Virus record (IMG/VR): IMGVR_UViG_3300027887_000045
Location: 1 to 25,681 of that record
Reading direction: 5' to 3' (one strand)
DNA: 25,681 bases
Origin: a virus
Lineage: Duplodnaviria; Caudoviricetes
Shown: positions 17,224 to 25,527 of the stretch, piece after piece
How the letters are laid out: every line of letters starts with the position of its first letter
How positions within the stretch are numbered: position 1 is the stretch's first letter
Notes under the pieces: model-generated
The model's database searches: none
What the model was told of the DNA's origin: nothing
The model's input: the letters and a program-made list of their open reading frames with translations, nothing else
Translations under genes and position numbers: made by a program

Positions 17224-17359
17224 AATTGCTAGGAATAAATCGGAAAAAGTCTTTTTACAATTGCTCTACCACTGAGCTACAGCGAGGTTATCGCTAGTAG
17301 GATTTGAACCTACGACCAATTGTTTACATGAAGTATCTCTTCCCTGCACCATAGCAATT
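17224..17359 (-). ncRNA. YrlA-like Y RNA with permuted tRNA-like domain
   Basis: Order is T arm (GTAGG-TTCAAAT-CCTAC), loop-closed acceptor stem (AGCGA/TCGCT), D arm (GCTC-AGTGGTA-GAGC), inside terminal stem AATTGCTA/TAGCAATT. Confidence 0.85.
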
Positions 17360-17371
17360 TTGTTTCTTTTT

Positions 17372-17515
17372 AATAAATACCAAGGAATAAGCGGAAAAGG
17401 AAATTTTTGTGTCCTGCCATTAGACGATCCTTCCATTTTTGGAAGGAGTAGGATTCGAACCTACATAACATCATCGTAAGTGAAGTAACCCTTTCCTTCA
17501 CCATTGGTATTTATT
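17372..17515 (-). ncRNA. YrlA-like Y RNA with permuted tRNA-like domain
   Basis: T arm GTAGG-TTCGAAT-CCTAC, closed acceptor TCCTTCCA/TGGAAGGA, D arm GTC-TAATGGCAG-GAC, 12-bp terminal stem. Confidence 0.85.
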
Positions 17516-17528
17516 GTATTTCAATACT

Positions 17529-17557
17529 ATTATAACATATTTTTACAAAAGTGCAAA
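17529..17557 (-). promoter_or_regulatory. Sigma70-type promoter for the Y RNA/tRNA/Ro60 operon
   Basis: TTGCAC, 16-nt spacer, TATAAT with extended -10 TG; lies just upstream of the first Y RNA. Confidence 0.8.
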
Positions 17558-17565
17558 TTTTTTTA

Positions 17566-17907
17566 TTATTTTTTTACATTTAATAAATTAATAAGTTTTT
17601 GTTGTATATTTTCATCACATGCCAATGAATGAATTCCATGTAAAATCAATATATTAAATATTTTTGATTCGATTTGTGCAGCGCTATAATTACTTCCAAT
17701 AAATGCTGTTTTAATAACATCCGGAACTAAAGTTAAAAATTTATTAATTGTTTTTGAAATAGAAATTTCTACTAATATCTTATCTTGTTCAGCTTCACTT
17801 TTTTCCCATTCTTCTGGACCTAATACAATAATTGATATTATTGTTGTATAACCTACAATATCCAATTCCAAAGATTGATTTTTTACATCTTCTATCCTTA
17901 ATCCCAT
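17566..17907 (-). CDS. Hypothetical protein
   Basis: 113-aa ORF, SD AGGAG. Confidence 0.65.
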   Translation of the reverse strand: MGLRIEDVKNQSLELDIVGYTTIISIIVLGPEEWEKSEAEQDKILVEISISKTINKFLTLVPDVIKTAFIGSNYSAAQIESKIFNILILHGIHSLACDENIQQKLINLLNVKK

Positions 17908-17919
17908 AATAACTCCTAT

Positions 17920-18123
17920 TTATGGTCTTGTTAATGCAAACATATCAGCTGTAGCAAAAGTCACTATCGCTAATGGCTTTGAAAAAATTGGCTGATATTC
18001 TTCGATCAATTCTAGATATTTTATACCTAATTTTGTCGCAAAATCATCTTTGTGTAATTCTTTATAAGCTTCAACTAATTTAATTGATCCATCTGGTCGT
18101 CTAAAATCATCAATGTCAATCAT
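17920..18123 (-). CDS. Hypothetical protein
   Basis: 67-aa ORF, SD AGGAG. Confidence 0.65.
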   Translation of the reverse strand: MIDIDDFRRPDGSIKLVEAYKELHKDDFATKLGIKYLELIEEYQPIFSKPLAIVTFATADMFALTRP

Positions 18124-18134
18124 TTATTACTCCT

Positions 18135-18518
18135 TTACCAAGGTATTGTTAATCTATTAGAGGCTTTCCCTTCTCCAGCTTCATTCCAAGCATTCACCCA
18201 CATTGAGTAAATCATTCCTTCTTGAAGATGCATTTCATCAAGATACATATAAGTTTCTTGAGTAGTCCTCCAAGCAAGGTCTACGCCATCATTGAAATAT
18301 ACCCTATAATATGTTGCTTGACCACACCGCTCAGTAACTTCGGGCTCTTCCCAAATCAATTCCTTTGGATGTTCAATAGATGTAGTCTTAGATGCCTCTT
18401 CCAAGCTCATACCATTAAGCGTTACATTATTGCTATCACATCCAATCAACAGAATACTCATATTTATGATTAACAATAACACTAAAATAAAATCCAACAA
18501 ATAATTTTTCTTATCCAT
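18135..18518 (-). CDS. Putative lipoprotein with fibronectin type III-like domain
   Basis: Hydrophobic signal and LLIGC lipobox; W..P..ATYYRVY..Y.MWVNAWNEAGEG.AS FN3 pattern. Confidence 0.7.
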   Translation of the reverse strand: MDKKNYLLDFILVLLLIINMSILLIGCDSNNVTLNGMSLEEASKTTSIEHPKELIWEEPEVTERCGQATYYRVYFNDGVDLAWRTTQETYMYLDEMHLQEGMIYSMWVNAWNEAGEGKASNRLTIPW

Positions 18519-18715
18519 AGTTACTCTCCTATAGCTACTTTTTTAAGCCTATAAAATCATTATTTCTCCTTTTAAAAAGCTCCCCTGCTTGCAATCTATT
18601 AAAAAACATGATATGCCAGCCTTACCAAACCAACATATCACTTCTACATCCATGACATCTCAATCATCAATAGTTCCCAAGCATTCATGAATTCATTCAT
18701 TAGGGAGCATTTTCA

Positions 18716-18943
18716 TTAGTACCTCTCATTGTACAATACACCAGTTTGATTAAATACATCTAAAGCTGCCTTTGCTTTAGACACGGTTTTAAAATAATCT
18801 GTCTCCCGTGTATATGGACCACATTTACATACTGTTCCGATATAATATCCTGCAGGCGTTTGTAACACCTCATAAGGAGGCATTATTTTACACTTAGGGC
18901 ATACTCTCGAAGCACCTGATCTTATTGTTTCACCAGTTAACAT
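18716..18943 (-). CDS. Small Cys-rich phage protein
   Basis: CPKC, YYIGTVCKCGPYTRETDYF. Confidence 0.7.
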   Translation of the reverse strand: MLTGETIRSGASRVCPKCKIMPPYEVLQTPAGYYIGTVCKCGPYTRETDYFKTVSKAKAALDVFNQTGVLYNERY

Positions 18944-19466
18944 TTCTTAATTCCTTCCAGAATTCATTCAACCACATTTTTAACTTTTTCCAAAAAGAAA
19001 GATTTTCATAAAATTTCTTTTCATCAACCATCTTCTGCCTTTCTTCTTCAGTTACAACACCATACAAACCATCTAAATAAACTATTTTCTTACATAAAGA
19101 ATTCTCACAAAAAGTATAGAGAAGTGGTGGAAAAAGAACATCTCTATTTAATTCCCCAACTAAAGATGATTGATTGCAATAAGGACACTTTGGCCTTGAG
19201 CTAGTAAAAGAACTAGCATTTGCTATCCCAGCATCACAGTATTTCATCTGAAAATTAGCAGAATACTTCGGAGGATTAAAATGATTAGCACTATAATAAT
19301 CTGGCGTTATCAGGGTTATTTCATTAGGTGGTACTTCCTTAACTACCACATAGGGAGGACCAATTGGTAGATGGAGATTATTTCTATACTGATTCAATAA
19401 ACCATATAACAAAGCTTCAGTTATTCTCCCACCTTCCCAATCTATCTCAAACACTTGTTTGCTCAT
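18930..19466 (-). CDS. Hypothetical protein with zinc-ribbon-like motif
   Basis: CPYC...C....C; likely start MSKQV. Confidence 0.6.
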   Translation of the reverse strand: MSKQVFEIDWEGGRITEALLYGLLNQYRNNLHLPIGPPYVVVKEVPPNEITLITPDYYSANHFNPPKYSANFQMKYCDAGIANASSFTSSRPKCPYCNQSSLVGELNRDVLFPPLLYTFCENSLCKKIVYLDGLYGVVTEEERQKMVDEKKFYENLSFWKKLKMWLNEFWKELRNVNW

Positions 19467-19617
19467 CCTTCTTCTCCTCTTTATTCTCAAGTAAAGACAG
19501 TATTTTCATAAATATACAACTATCACCATAACAAATAGCATGAGTTAACAGACATTCATAATAAGCTGATATAGAATAATTAAGTCTTATAAAACTACAG
19601 TTTGGTGCTTTACTCAT
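19447..19617 (-). CDS. Small Cys-containing hypothetical protein (56 aa)
   Basis: Hand-translated MSKAPNCSF...; SD GGAGG; not in track. Confidence 0.55.
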   Translation of the reverse strand: MSKAPNCSFIRLNYSISAYYECLLTHAICYGDSCIFMKILSLLENKEEKKDEQTSV

Positions 19618-19635
19618 ATTTTTCCTCCTAAACCT

Positions 19636-19815
19636 TTAAAAGAAATGTCCTATTAATAATCCAATAGCAAAAATCCAGCACATAAAGGTTATAAACATTG
19701 GAGCTATATATCCTCCACCAAAATAGCCACCATCTATATCCTTAAAAGAATAATATACAATTGGTAATAGAAATAAAATTATAGGAAAATACCACCAATG
19801 AATTGTTATTGTCAT
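19636..19815 (-). CDS. Small two-TM membrane protein (59 aa)
   Basis: Hand-translated MTITIHWWYFPIILFLLPIV...; SD AGGAG; not in track. Confidence 0.65.
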   Translation of the reverse strand: MTITIHWWYFPIILFLLPIVYYSFKDIDGGYFGGGYIAPMFITFMCWIFAIGLLIGHFF

Positions 19816-19827
19816 TATACACTCCTA

Positions 19828-20199
19828 TCACTTCATAGTTGTCTTATTAATCCAATCAACAAACCTATCATATACTAGGTGAACATCTTCAATTTGCTCA
19901 CCACGGTAATAAAAATACCCATTCTCAAGCCGAATAACTTCAACGTCATCCGTATAAAAAACAATTTTATCTTTTGGGGGTATTATAAATTGTTTCCTCA
20001 TTTCTATATCTAATAACTCATCTACAGAAGTTCCACACCCTACACAATGGCAATCATCAGACATAGCTAAGTCACCATCTCTAGCAACACAAGGAGTCAT
20101 ATCCGAGTGTTCTCTTGGACATTCAAGTTCAAACGATTTCAACCCAGTCCTTTTTAAAACTAATTCTTTTAATTGATCACCAATCATAATATTCACCAC
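19828..20199 (-). CDS. Hypothetical protein
   Basis: Track ORF with a Cys cluster (CPRE..TPC..CHCVGC). Confidence 0.6.
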   Translation of the reverse strand: MVNIMIGDQLKELVLKRTGLKSFELECPREHSDMTPCVARDGDLAMSDDCHCVGCGTSVDELLDIEMRKQFIIPPKDKIVFYTDDVEVIRLENGYFYYRGEQIEDVHLVYDRFVDWINKTTMK

Positions 20200-20453
20200 C
20201 TTATAAAAATCTCATCTTGCATAGCTACCGTTTCAGTTCTATTCACCTGCTTAATTTCATTCAATTCAACCAACCGATAAACACAAGTTGCAATTTGCCA
20301 CGCATTAGATGATTCAAGAATAGCCAATACATTTATCATTTTAAAAGCACCAGCTTTCTTAAGAAGATCCCCAATATGATCCCTTATCTTTAAAAAATTC
20401 CTCTGTCCTTCATCAGTAAATACATACGATCTCTCATCTTGATAATTATACAT
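20193..20453 (-). CDS. Hypothetical phage protein
   Basis: 86-aa ORF, SD AGGAGG. Confidence 0.7.
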   Translation of the reverse strand: MYNYQDERSYVFTDEGQRNFLKIRDHIGDLLKKAGAFKMINVLAILESSNAWQIATCVYRLVELNEIKQVNRTETVAMQDEIFIRW

Positions 20454-20517
20454 AAATTAATTTCCTCCTTATACCGTAGCAGTCCCATATAACACTATGA
20501 TCTACTTCAAGAACCTA

Positions 20518-20763
20518 CTATCCATTTTCTTTTAATTTCTTCTCCAACATAAAATTTAACATATCCCTAAACATAGACACTTGATCCTCAGTTGTAAATT
20601 TTATTTCTCCAACAATGCCTTTCATTAAAGACATATTATTCTTTTTAAGTGCTTCAATACAACTGTCTTCAGCCCAATCAACGATGACAATGCTCATCTC
20701 CTCAGCATCATACATAAAAGTACTTTCTTTTGTTAATGTAATATTTATCATAAACTCGTCCAA
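20518..20763 (-). CDS. Hypothetical protein
   Basis: Track ORF in the operon direction; start uncertain. Confidence 0.55.
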   Translation of the reverse strand: MDEFMINITLTKESTFMYDAEEMSIVIVDWAEDSCIEALKKNNMSLMKGIVGEIKFTTEDQVSMFRDMLNFMLEKKLKENG

Positions 20764-20924
20764 ATTTCATCAAACATTTCATCCCTATCTTTTGTATTTT
20801 CAAAAACAGCTATTGCTCTATCTCCGGACTCATAATATATTTCCAATCTTTCGGTTCCCATTTTAGATACAAATTCTATCCCACTAACATTCAAAATCAT
20901 TTTTTCATTCTTTATATATTTCAT
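20748..20924 (-). CDS. Hypothetical protein (58 aa)
   Basis: Hand-translated MKYIKNEKMILNV...; SD GAGGTG; not in track. Confidence 0.6.
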   Translation of the reverse strand: MKYIKNEKMILNVSGIEFVSKMGTERLEIYYESGDRAIAVFENTKDRDEMFDEIWTSL

Positions 20925-20933
20925 ACCACCACC

Positions 20934-21263
20934 TCAATTTATCAAACTAGAACCTTCTACAAACCTCCCTACCAAATTTTCTGGCTCATCAGAATCTTCA
21001 AGCTCCATTATATCTATCAATCTCTGTCCAGACATATTAACTTCCATATTAATAGGAAGTGGGAAAAAGATGTCTTTTTTAAGAATGTCCTCAATGGAAC
21101 AAATTGTTCCAACCCCATTTATAAATAAATTAATCAATGTTATAGCAAGGTTTTCACTTAATTTGATGACTGATCCTTCAAGTAAAATTGTTATATCAGC
21201 CATAAGTTTTTCTTTAATAACTTCTGTATTTGCATCACTTTTTATTTTTAGCATCAGGTACAA
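20934..21263 (-). CDS. Hypothetical protein
   Basis: Track ORF, overlaps upstream gene end. Confidence 0.55.
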   Translation of the reverse strand: MYLMLKIKSDANTEVIKEKLMADITILLEGSVIKLSENLAITLINLFINGVGTICSIEDILKKDIFFPLPINMEVNMSGQRLIDIMELEDSDEPENLVGRFVEGSSLIN

Positions 21264-21546
21264 CCTCTTCCTCTGGCCTCTGAAAAATAACTGGTTTGGT
21301 AAAAGAAGTAAATTTTATGGACCAATTGTCAGAATCTTCAATATCTGGATATACACTTCGAATATAAGTCCAAAGTTCAAATGAAGCTTCATAACAAGCT
21401 CCACCATTAACTTCTTTAGCTCTGCTAATAGCATCACACATTTGACAAATTCTTTTCGCAACTTTTTGATCAATTACTGTTATGGTCTTTAATTCATTTG
21501 ATTTCTTTTTTTGTACGCCATTTATAATGGAAAACATTTTACTCAC
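21235..21546 (-). CDS. Hypothetical protein
   Basis: GTGA overlap with upstream gene. Confidence 0.6.
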   Translation of the reverse strand: MSKMFSIINGVQKKKSNELKTITVIDQKVAKRICQMCDAISRAKEVNGGACYEASFELWTYIRSVYPDIEDSDNWSIKFTSFTKPVIFQRPEEEVVPDAKNKK

Positions 21547-21758
21547 CTTATAGGAAATACATTGCTCAATTGAATTTCTTTAGCCTCTTCTAAATATCCA
21601 TCCAAATCAACCATATCCGTTCTGTCTATCTCCCTCAATATTGCTATAGCTTTCATTGGATGAAGATTTGTAACCTTAATACTAGCTCCATGCCATATTT
21701 GAATGTCCTTCTGGGATATTCTCATAGACATATTATCTGGTAAAATTATTGTTATCAA
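21543..21758 (-). CDS. Hypothetical protein
   Basis: TTG start with SD AGGAGG. Confidence 0.6.
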   Translation of the reverse strand: MITIILPDNMSMRISQKDIQIWHGASIKVTNLHPMKAIAILREIDRTDMVDLDGYLEEAKEIQLSNVFPIR

Positions 21759-21773
21759 TTTTTCCTCCTGATG

Positions 21774-22073
21774 TTATGGGTAATACATTCCAGTATCATC
21801 TATATGTGCTAAACAATTGTTACATATTTTAATGTTAACTCCTTTATCTAATCCACATTTTTCACAAGCATTGTCGCCAACAACTTTTCTTTTTTGTTTT
21901 GGTTTTGATTTTAAATTCAAACGACGAAAAAGTCCCTCCACTGCAGACCTTGAAACTTGTAAACTATTTGCTATTTCATTAATTGTTAAGCCTTTGTTTA
22001 TAAAATCTTTTAACATACTTTTAAGACCAGAAGCTTTCCTATTACAAACAATCTCATCCCAATCAATAGTCAT
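21774..22073 (-). CDS. HTH plus zinc-finger DNA-binding protein
   Basis: GLTINEIANSLQVSRSAV HTH; CEKC...CNNC. Confidence 0.7.
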   Translation of the reverse strand: MTIDWDEIVCNRKASGLKSMLKDFINKGLTINEIANSLQVSRSAVEGLFRRLNLKSKPKQKRKVVGDNACEKCGLDKGVNIKICNNCLAHIDDTGMYYP

Positions 22074-22127
22074 ATAATCTCCAGAAATAGTAAAATCAAT
22101 TCAAAATGAAATTTAAAAATGGCAGCT

Positions 22128-22556
22128 CTATCTTTTATAACCAGAGCTAATTTTATAATTTGGTTTCTTCTGATCTTTAAAATTCGTTCCTGGAACAGTT
22201 TCATAAACAATATCACCTTCAACTTTAAACCTTGATTTAGTGTCATCTTTAAAAGTTGTTCCAGGTATAGTGTGATAAATAGTATTACCTTCAATACTGT
22301 AACCAGATTTGAATTGATCTTCAAAAGTAGAATTTGGAATAGTTGGCTTAATAATTATTTCACCAACTTTATAATTAGATTTGCTGGTATCCTTAAAATT
22401 TGTGCCAGGAATGGTATAATAAGCAACACCATTTTCAATTATAAACATTGGTTTATACTGGTCCTTGAAAGATGTATTTGGAACAGTAGATATAATAACA
22501 AGATCTTCTGCATTTGCGATACTAACAAAAAACATTAAAATCATAAAATATTTCAT
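22128..22556 (-). CDS. Exported protein with five 24-aa tandem repeats
   Basis: Signal peptide ending ANA; repeats T(I/V)P(G/N)(T/S)xF(K/E)D. Confidence 0.8.
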   Translation of the reverse strand: MKYFMILMFFVSIANAEDLVIISTVPNTSFKDQYKPMFIIENGVAYYTIPGTNFKDTSKSNYKVGEIIIKPTIPNSTFEDQFKSGYSIEGNTIYHTIPGTTFKDDTKSRFKVEGDIVYETVPGTNFKDQKKPNYKISSGYKR

Positions 22557-22643
22557 ATACAATTATCTCCTTTTTGTTTTTATTATATCACAAATACCAT
22601 CAAAATACAAATTTAATTTATATTTTGCTTTCCTTTTAGTTTA

Positions 22644-22729
22644 TGTTGCTGGCAGACAGGAATCGAACCTGTGAGTTAATCCCCAACCAAAGGACTCGGC
22701 ATAATTAATTAAGCTACGCCACTGCCAGC
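22644..22729 (-). ncRNA. Atypical tRNA-like element
   Basis: 8-bp acceptor GCTGGCAG/CTGCCAGC and canonical T arm ACAGG-TTCGATT-CCTGT; D and anticodon arms non-canonical; 3' end AACA. Confidence 0.6.
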
Positions 22730-22868
22730 ATATTATAAATTACTTGGACGACAGCAAGGAATTTATATACCTTTATCATAATTCAACTAACATCTTTAAT
22801 AGGTGCGTCGCTCGTTCCAAAAGTTAGGTTGATAAGTTAATAAATTGCTCCATTCAACTTCCAAATCT

Positions 22869-23120
22869 TTAATTAATAGTCCGTTTTTCGACTATAACAT
22901 TTTCTTTCCCCATGCTAAAACTTTTTATTAAGCTAGCTTGTTTCTCAATAACTATATTTGCTAGTTTTAAAGCTTCATCTTGTTTGGCAATAAGTCTATC
23001 TAATAATTTAATCTGTCTGTCTTGGGCCTCAATAATTTTTTTTAAAGATGAAATTACAGATTGAGTAATTACACCAATTCTTTTTAAATTAGCTATTATA
23101 CTATTTTCAAAAATCCCCAT
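22869..23120 (-). CDS. Coiled-coil hypothetical protein
   Basis: Heptad-like II..Q...I repeats; SD GAGGT. Confidence 0.65.
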   Translation of the reverse strand: MGIFENSIIANLKRIGVITQSVISSLKKIIEAQDRQIKLLDRLIAKQDEALKLANIVIEKQASLIKSFSMGKENVIVEKRTIN

Positions 23121-23129
23121 AAATTAACC

Positions 23130-23324
23130 TCACCAAATATCCGAAATAGCTCCCATCTCAATTTTCAGAGCTTTTTCTCTATTAAATTTCACAACTTCAA
23201 ATGGAGATAATATTTTAGTCATAACTCCATCTATACATCGATGTGTAGTATTTGATACACAATTTTGGGTTTCAATAAATCTCATCCCACATTTATTGCA
23301 ACAGAAATATATTACATCATTCAT
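23130..23324 (-). CDS. Small zinc-ribbon-like protein
   Basis: Likely start MNDVIYFCCNKCG (SD AGAGGA). Confidence 0.6.
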   Translation of the reverse strand: MNDVIYFCCNKCGMRFIETQNCVSNTTHRCIDGVMTKILSPFEVVKFNREKALKIEMGAISDIW

Positions 23325-23610
23325 GGTTTCCTCTGTCAACTGTATAAACAGAATACCAATCTCCAGGCATTCCAAGGAATGCTTTCATGAAACTATCGTC
23401 TGTTATTAAATAGCCACCGAAAGATTCAGGAGATTGTCTATTAAACCATATTGTAACTGCTTTTTTATCATCTGCTGCCCAAGGAATAAATTCTACCTGT
23501 ATTATCCCACGAGCACCTTTTTTAATAACAGTTCCAGTTGTTCCCCTGCTCCACTTACCGTCATAGCAGACTCTAACTTTCTCTCCCGCTAAAGGATCAA
23601 ATTTTATTTC
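23317..23610 (-). CDS. Open frame (97 codons) lacking a standard start; possible -1 frameshift extension of 23604-23825
   Basis: Hand-translated EIKFDPLAGEKVRVCYDGKWSRGTTGTVIKKG...; fills the gap exactly and overlaps the next start. Confidence 0.6.
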   Translation of the reverse strand, partial: EIKFDPLAGEKVRVCYDGKWSRGTTGTVIKKGARGIIQVEFIPWAADDKKAVTIWFNRQSPESFGGYLITDDSFMKAFLGMPGDWYSVYTVDRGNHE

Positions 23611-23825
23611 TTTTTTTCTCGTTTTAATTTCTCCTCAAGCTCTTTGACCATATTAATAAAATTATCTCCATCAATAATAGTGAACCCAAGACATTCTATT
23701 CTTTCTGCTATTGGTTTACATATCTTCAATATATCCCTTAAATTTATATCCATATATCGTGCCATATATTCAGCTTCTTCTGTTTGACAATTCATTGCCT
23801 TATATAACTCTCTTCCTGTTTCCAT
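23604..23825 (-). CDS. Hypothetical protein
   Basis: 73-aa ORF, SD AGGAGG. Confidence 0.7.
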   Translation of the reverse strand: METGRELYKAMNCQTEEAEYMARYMDINLRDILKICKPIAERIECLGFTIIDGDNFINMVKELEEKLKREKKK

Positions 23826-23833
23826 TGTGCCTC

Positions 23834-24091
23834 CTAAATTAATCTTGTATAGATAAGGTCAGTATCATCCATCTTGTGGTATCGCCATATTTTATTATTC
23901 ATTAAGCAAGTAAGATGGACAGGTTTTGCTTCTTCTATACCACCATCACTCGTTCCATCAACACCTATCAGGACAGACAAACCATCCGTATTTGTATTAC
24001 AAATAGGGCATTTTACCTGTTCGGGAAAATGTTCAAAATAATGGGTTTGCTCAAGGGCATCTATCAATTGTTTTTTAATTCCCGTCTTCAT
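23834..24091 (-). CDS. Hypothetical protein with CxxC...HxxC motif
   Basis: CPIC...HLTC; ATGA overlap. Confidence 0.7.
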   Translation of the reverse strand: MKTGIKKQLIDALEQTHYFEHFPEQVKCPICNTNTDGLSVLIGVDGTSDGGIEEAKPVHLTCLMNNKIWRYHKMDDTDLIYTRLI

Positions 24092-24468
24092 TGTGCCTCC
24101 TGTGATAACTCAGGATTTTCATATATATTGCCAATAACCTCAGCATCCTTTGCATATTCGGGATTCAACATATCCCATGTAAAACCTGTTTCATTGGGTG
24201 GATTTAATCTGTGTGTTTCAATTCCGAATCCTGCATATTCCCAATGTCCCCCATATACTATCCATCCGATACCATAAGGTTCAATACCTCCTATATACCA
24301 ATTTACAATATCACCCTCAAATATCTCCTTACCGTTTTTATCCTTTAGGCCGGTGTATTGCATAAATATATATCGACATTCTGGATCACCTGTACACATA
24401 AAGATAGGAAAAGGTGGCGTCATTGTTTTATTTTCTTTATTCCATCCTCTAAATTTTATCTCTCTCAT
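24088..24468 (-). CDS. YopX-family protein
   Basis: MREIKFRGW, MQYTGLKDKNGKEIFEGDIV, EVIGNIYENPEL. Confidence 0.92.
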   Translation of the reverse strand: MREIKFRGWNKENKTMTPPFPIFMCTGDPECRYIFMQYTGLKDKNGKEIFEGDIVNWYIGGIEPYGIGWIVYGGHWEYAGFGIETHRLNPPNETGFTWDMLNPEYAKDAEVIGNIYENPELSQEAQ

Positions 24469-24926
24469 TGTAAGCACCCTCTTTCGCCATTAGCACACCT
24501 AAAACCTTCTATTTGCGATAATGAATTTTCTCCACGAACATTAGCAACTTTTAAAACTTGATCCTCATCATGCTCAAGAAGAAGCTTAAGAGCAATTACA
24601 TTATCAGATTCTGGAAAAGAATATTTGTCCTTCAAATGAACACACAAATCTACAACCTTATCCTTTTCTATCTTTTTTACATATCCAAATTTCTGAACAA
24701 TGTAATCGAACTTATTGCCATGAACCAAAAGCCTGCCAGTTTCTTCATAGACTTTCATTTCTTCTTCTCCAATAAGATCCAGCAGTAATTCCTTTGCTTT
24801 GTTCTCGGCTTCTTCTTTTTTCGCAGCAAGCTCCTTAGCTCTATCTACCTGCTTTTGCTGTACATTATTATATGCCTCTAAATCTCTCTTCAAATTCTTT
24901 TTCAGACCCTTGTGGGTCTGATACAT
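24465..24926 (-). CDS. Hypothetical phage protein
   Basis: 153-aa ORF; LCVH..P..D..IALKLLLE.DE pattern; start uncertain. Confidence 0.65.
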   Translation of the reverse strand: MYQTHKGLKKNLKRDLEAYNNVQQKQVDRAKELAAKKEEAENKAKELLLDLIGEEEMKVYEETGRLLVHGNKFDYIVQKFGYVKKIEKDKVVDLCVHLKDKYSFPESDNVIALKLLLEHDEDQVLKVANVRGENSLSQIEGFRCANGERGCLQ

Positions 24927-25059
24927 ATAACATTATCCAATCAAACAGAGCTACCTTGCTAGTAAAAATTAGTGTTCTGCAACCTATTTGCACCTCATAT
25001 ACTTTTTCACAATTGTGAAAAAGTATTGCTCCATTAGCTACTACTGTAAATGGTCTCAT
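24868..25059 (-). CDS. Hypothetical protein
   Basis: Likely start MRPFTV (SD GGAGGT). Confidence 0.6.
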   Translation of the reverse strand: MRPFTVVANGAILFHNCEKVYEVQIGCRTLIFTSKVALFDWIMLYVSDPQGSEKEFEERFRGI

Positions 25060-25074
25060 ATTTAACCTCCTCAA

Positions 25075-25455
25075 TTAATCCCACCAATATTGTAATCTTC
25101 TTCCTATAATATCTCCTAACATTTTATTCCAAGATATCATTCTAGCTGCATGAATATATATATTTACTCCAGTATCATCATCTGCTTTTAGTCTTTTAAT
25201 TAATTCTGCACAAATTAATGTATCCCTCGCATCTCTTTTAGAAGAATAAGACCACTCCGCTTTTGCAAATATCTTAGACATCCTTCTAAATTTATACTCA
25301 AGAATATTAGCAAGATATTCCCAATCCCAATCTTCATCATTCCAGATAACAGGAGTCCATCTGATTATATTCTTGATTCCACAATATAGATTTATTGGAA
25401 ATCTTTTAATTCTATAAAGATAATATCTATAATTTTCCACTGCTTTCCCTTTCAA
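25075..25455 (-). CDS. Hypothetical phage protein
   Basis: W.PVIW.D.DWD pattern and C-terminal YWWD. Confidence 0.65.
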   Translation of the reverse strand: MKGKAVENYRYYLYRIKRFPINLYCGIKNIIRWTPVIWNDEDWDWEYLANILEYKFRRMSKIFAKAEWSYSSKRDARDTLICAELIKRLKADDDTGVNIYIHAARMISWNKMLGDIIGRRLQYWWD

Positions 25456-25527
25456 ATCTTAATACCTTTATACTTTTATACTTTTCTCATTTTCTTTCTT
25501 AGTATTATATTCCCAATATCTTACCAT

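Noticed and set aside
17224-17515. Two canonical tRNA genes
   Set aside because: T arm precedes D arm and the acceptor stem is closed by a loop; this is the permuted YrlA-type layout.
17067-17515. CRISPR mini-array for the Cas7-like gene
   Set aside because: Shared motifs are short and embedded in self-contained hairpins of unequal length next to Ro60; Y RNAs explain them better.
18570-18715. Possible structured RNA bounded by gctccc/gggagc
   Set aside because: Only a short inverted repeat; not enough support to call.
1190-22324. Alternate-frame minus-strand ORFs 1190-1459, 5105-5314 and 22070-22324
   Set aside because: Nested in or largely overlapping better-supported genes.
22742-22825. 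Weak hairpin upstream of the tRNA-like element
   Set aside because: Pairing is interrupted and has no recognisable motif.
130-24788. Other plus-strand ORFs in the track
   Set aside because: All are antisense shadows of better-supported minus-strand genes and show no recognisable motifs.
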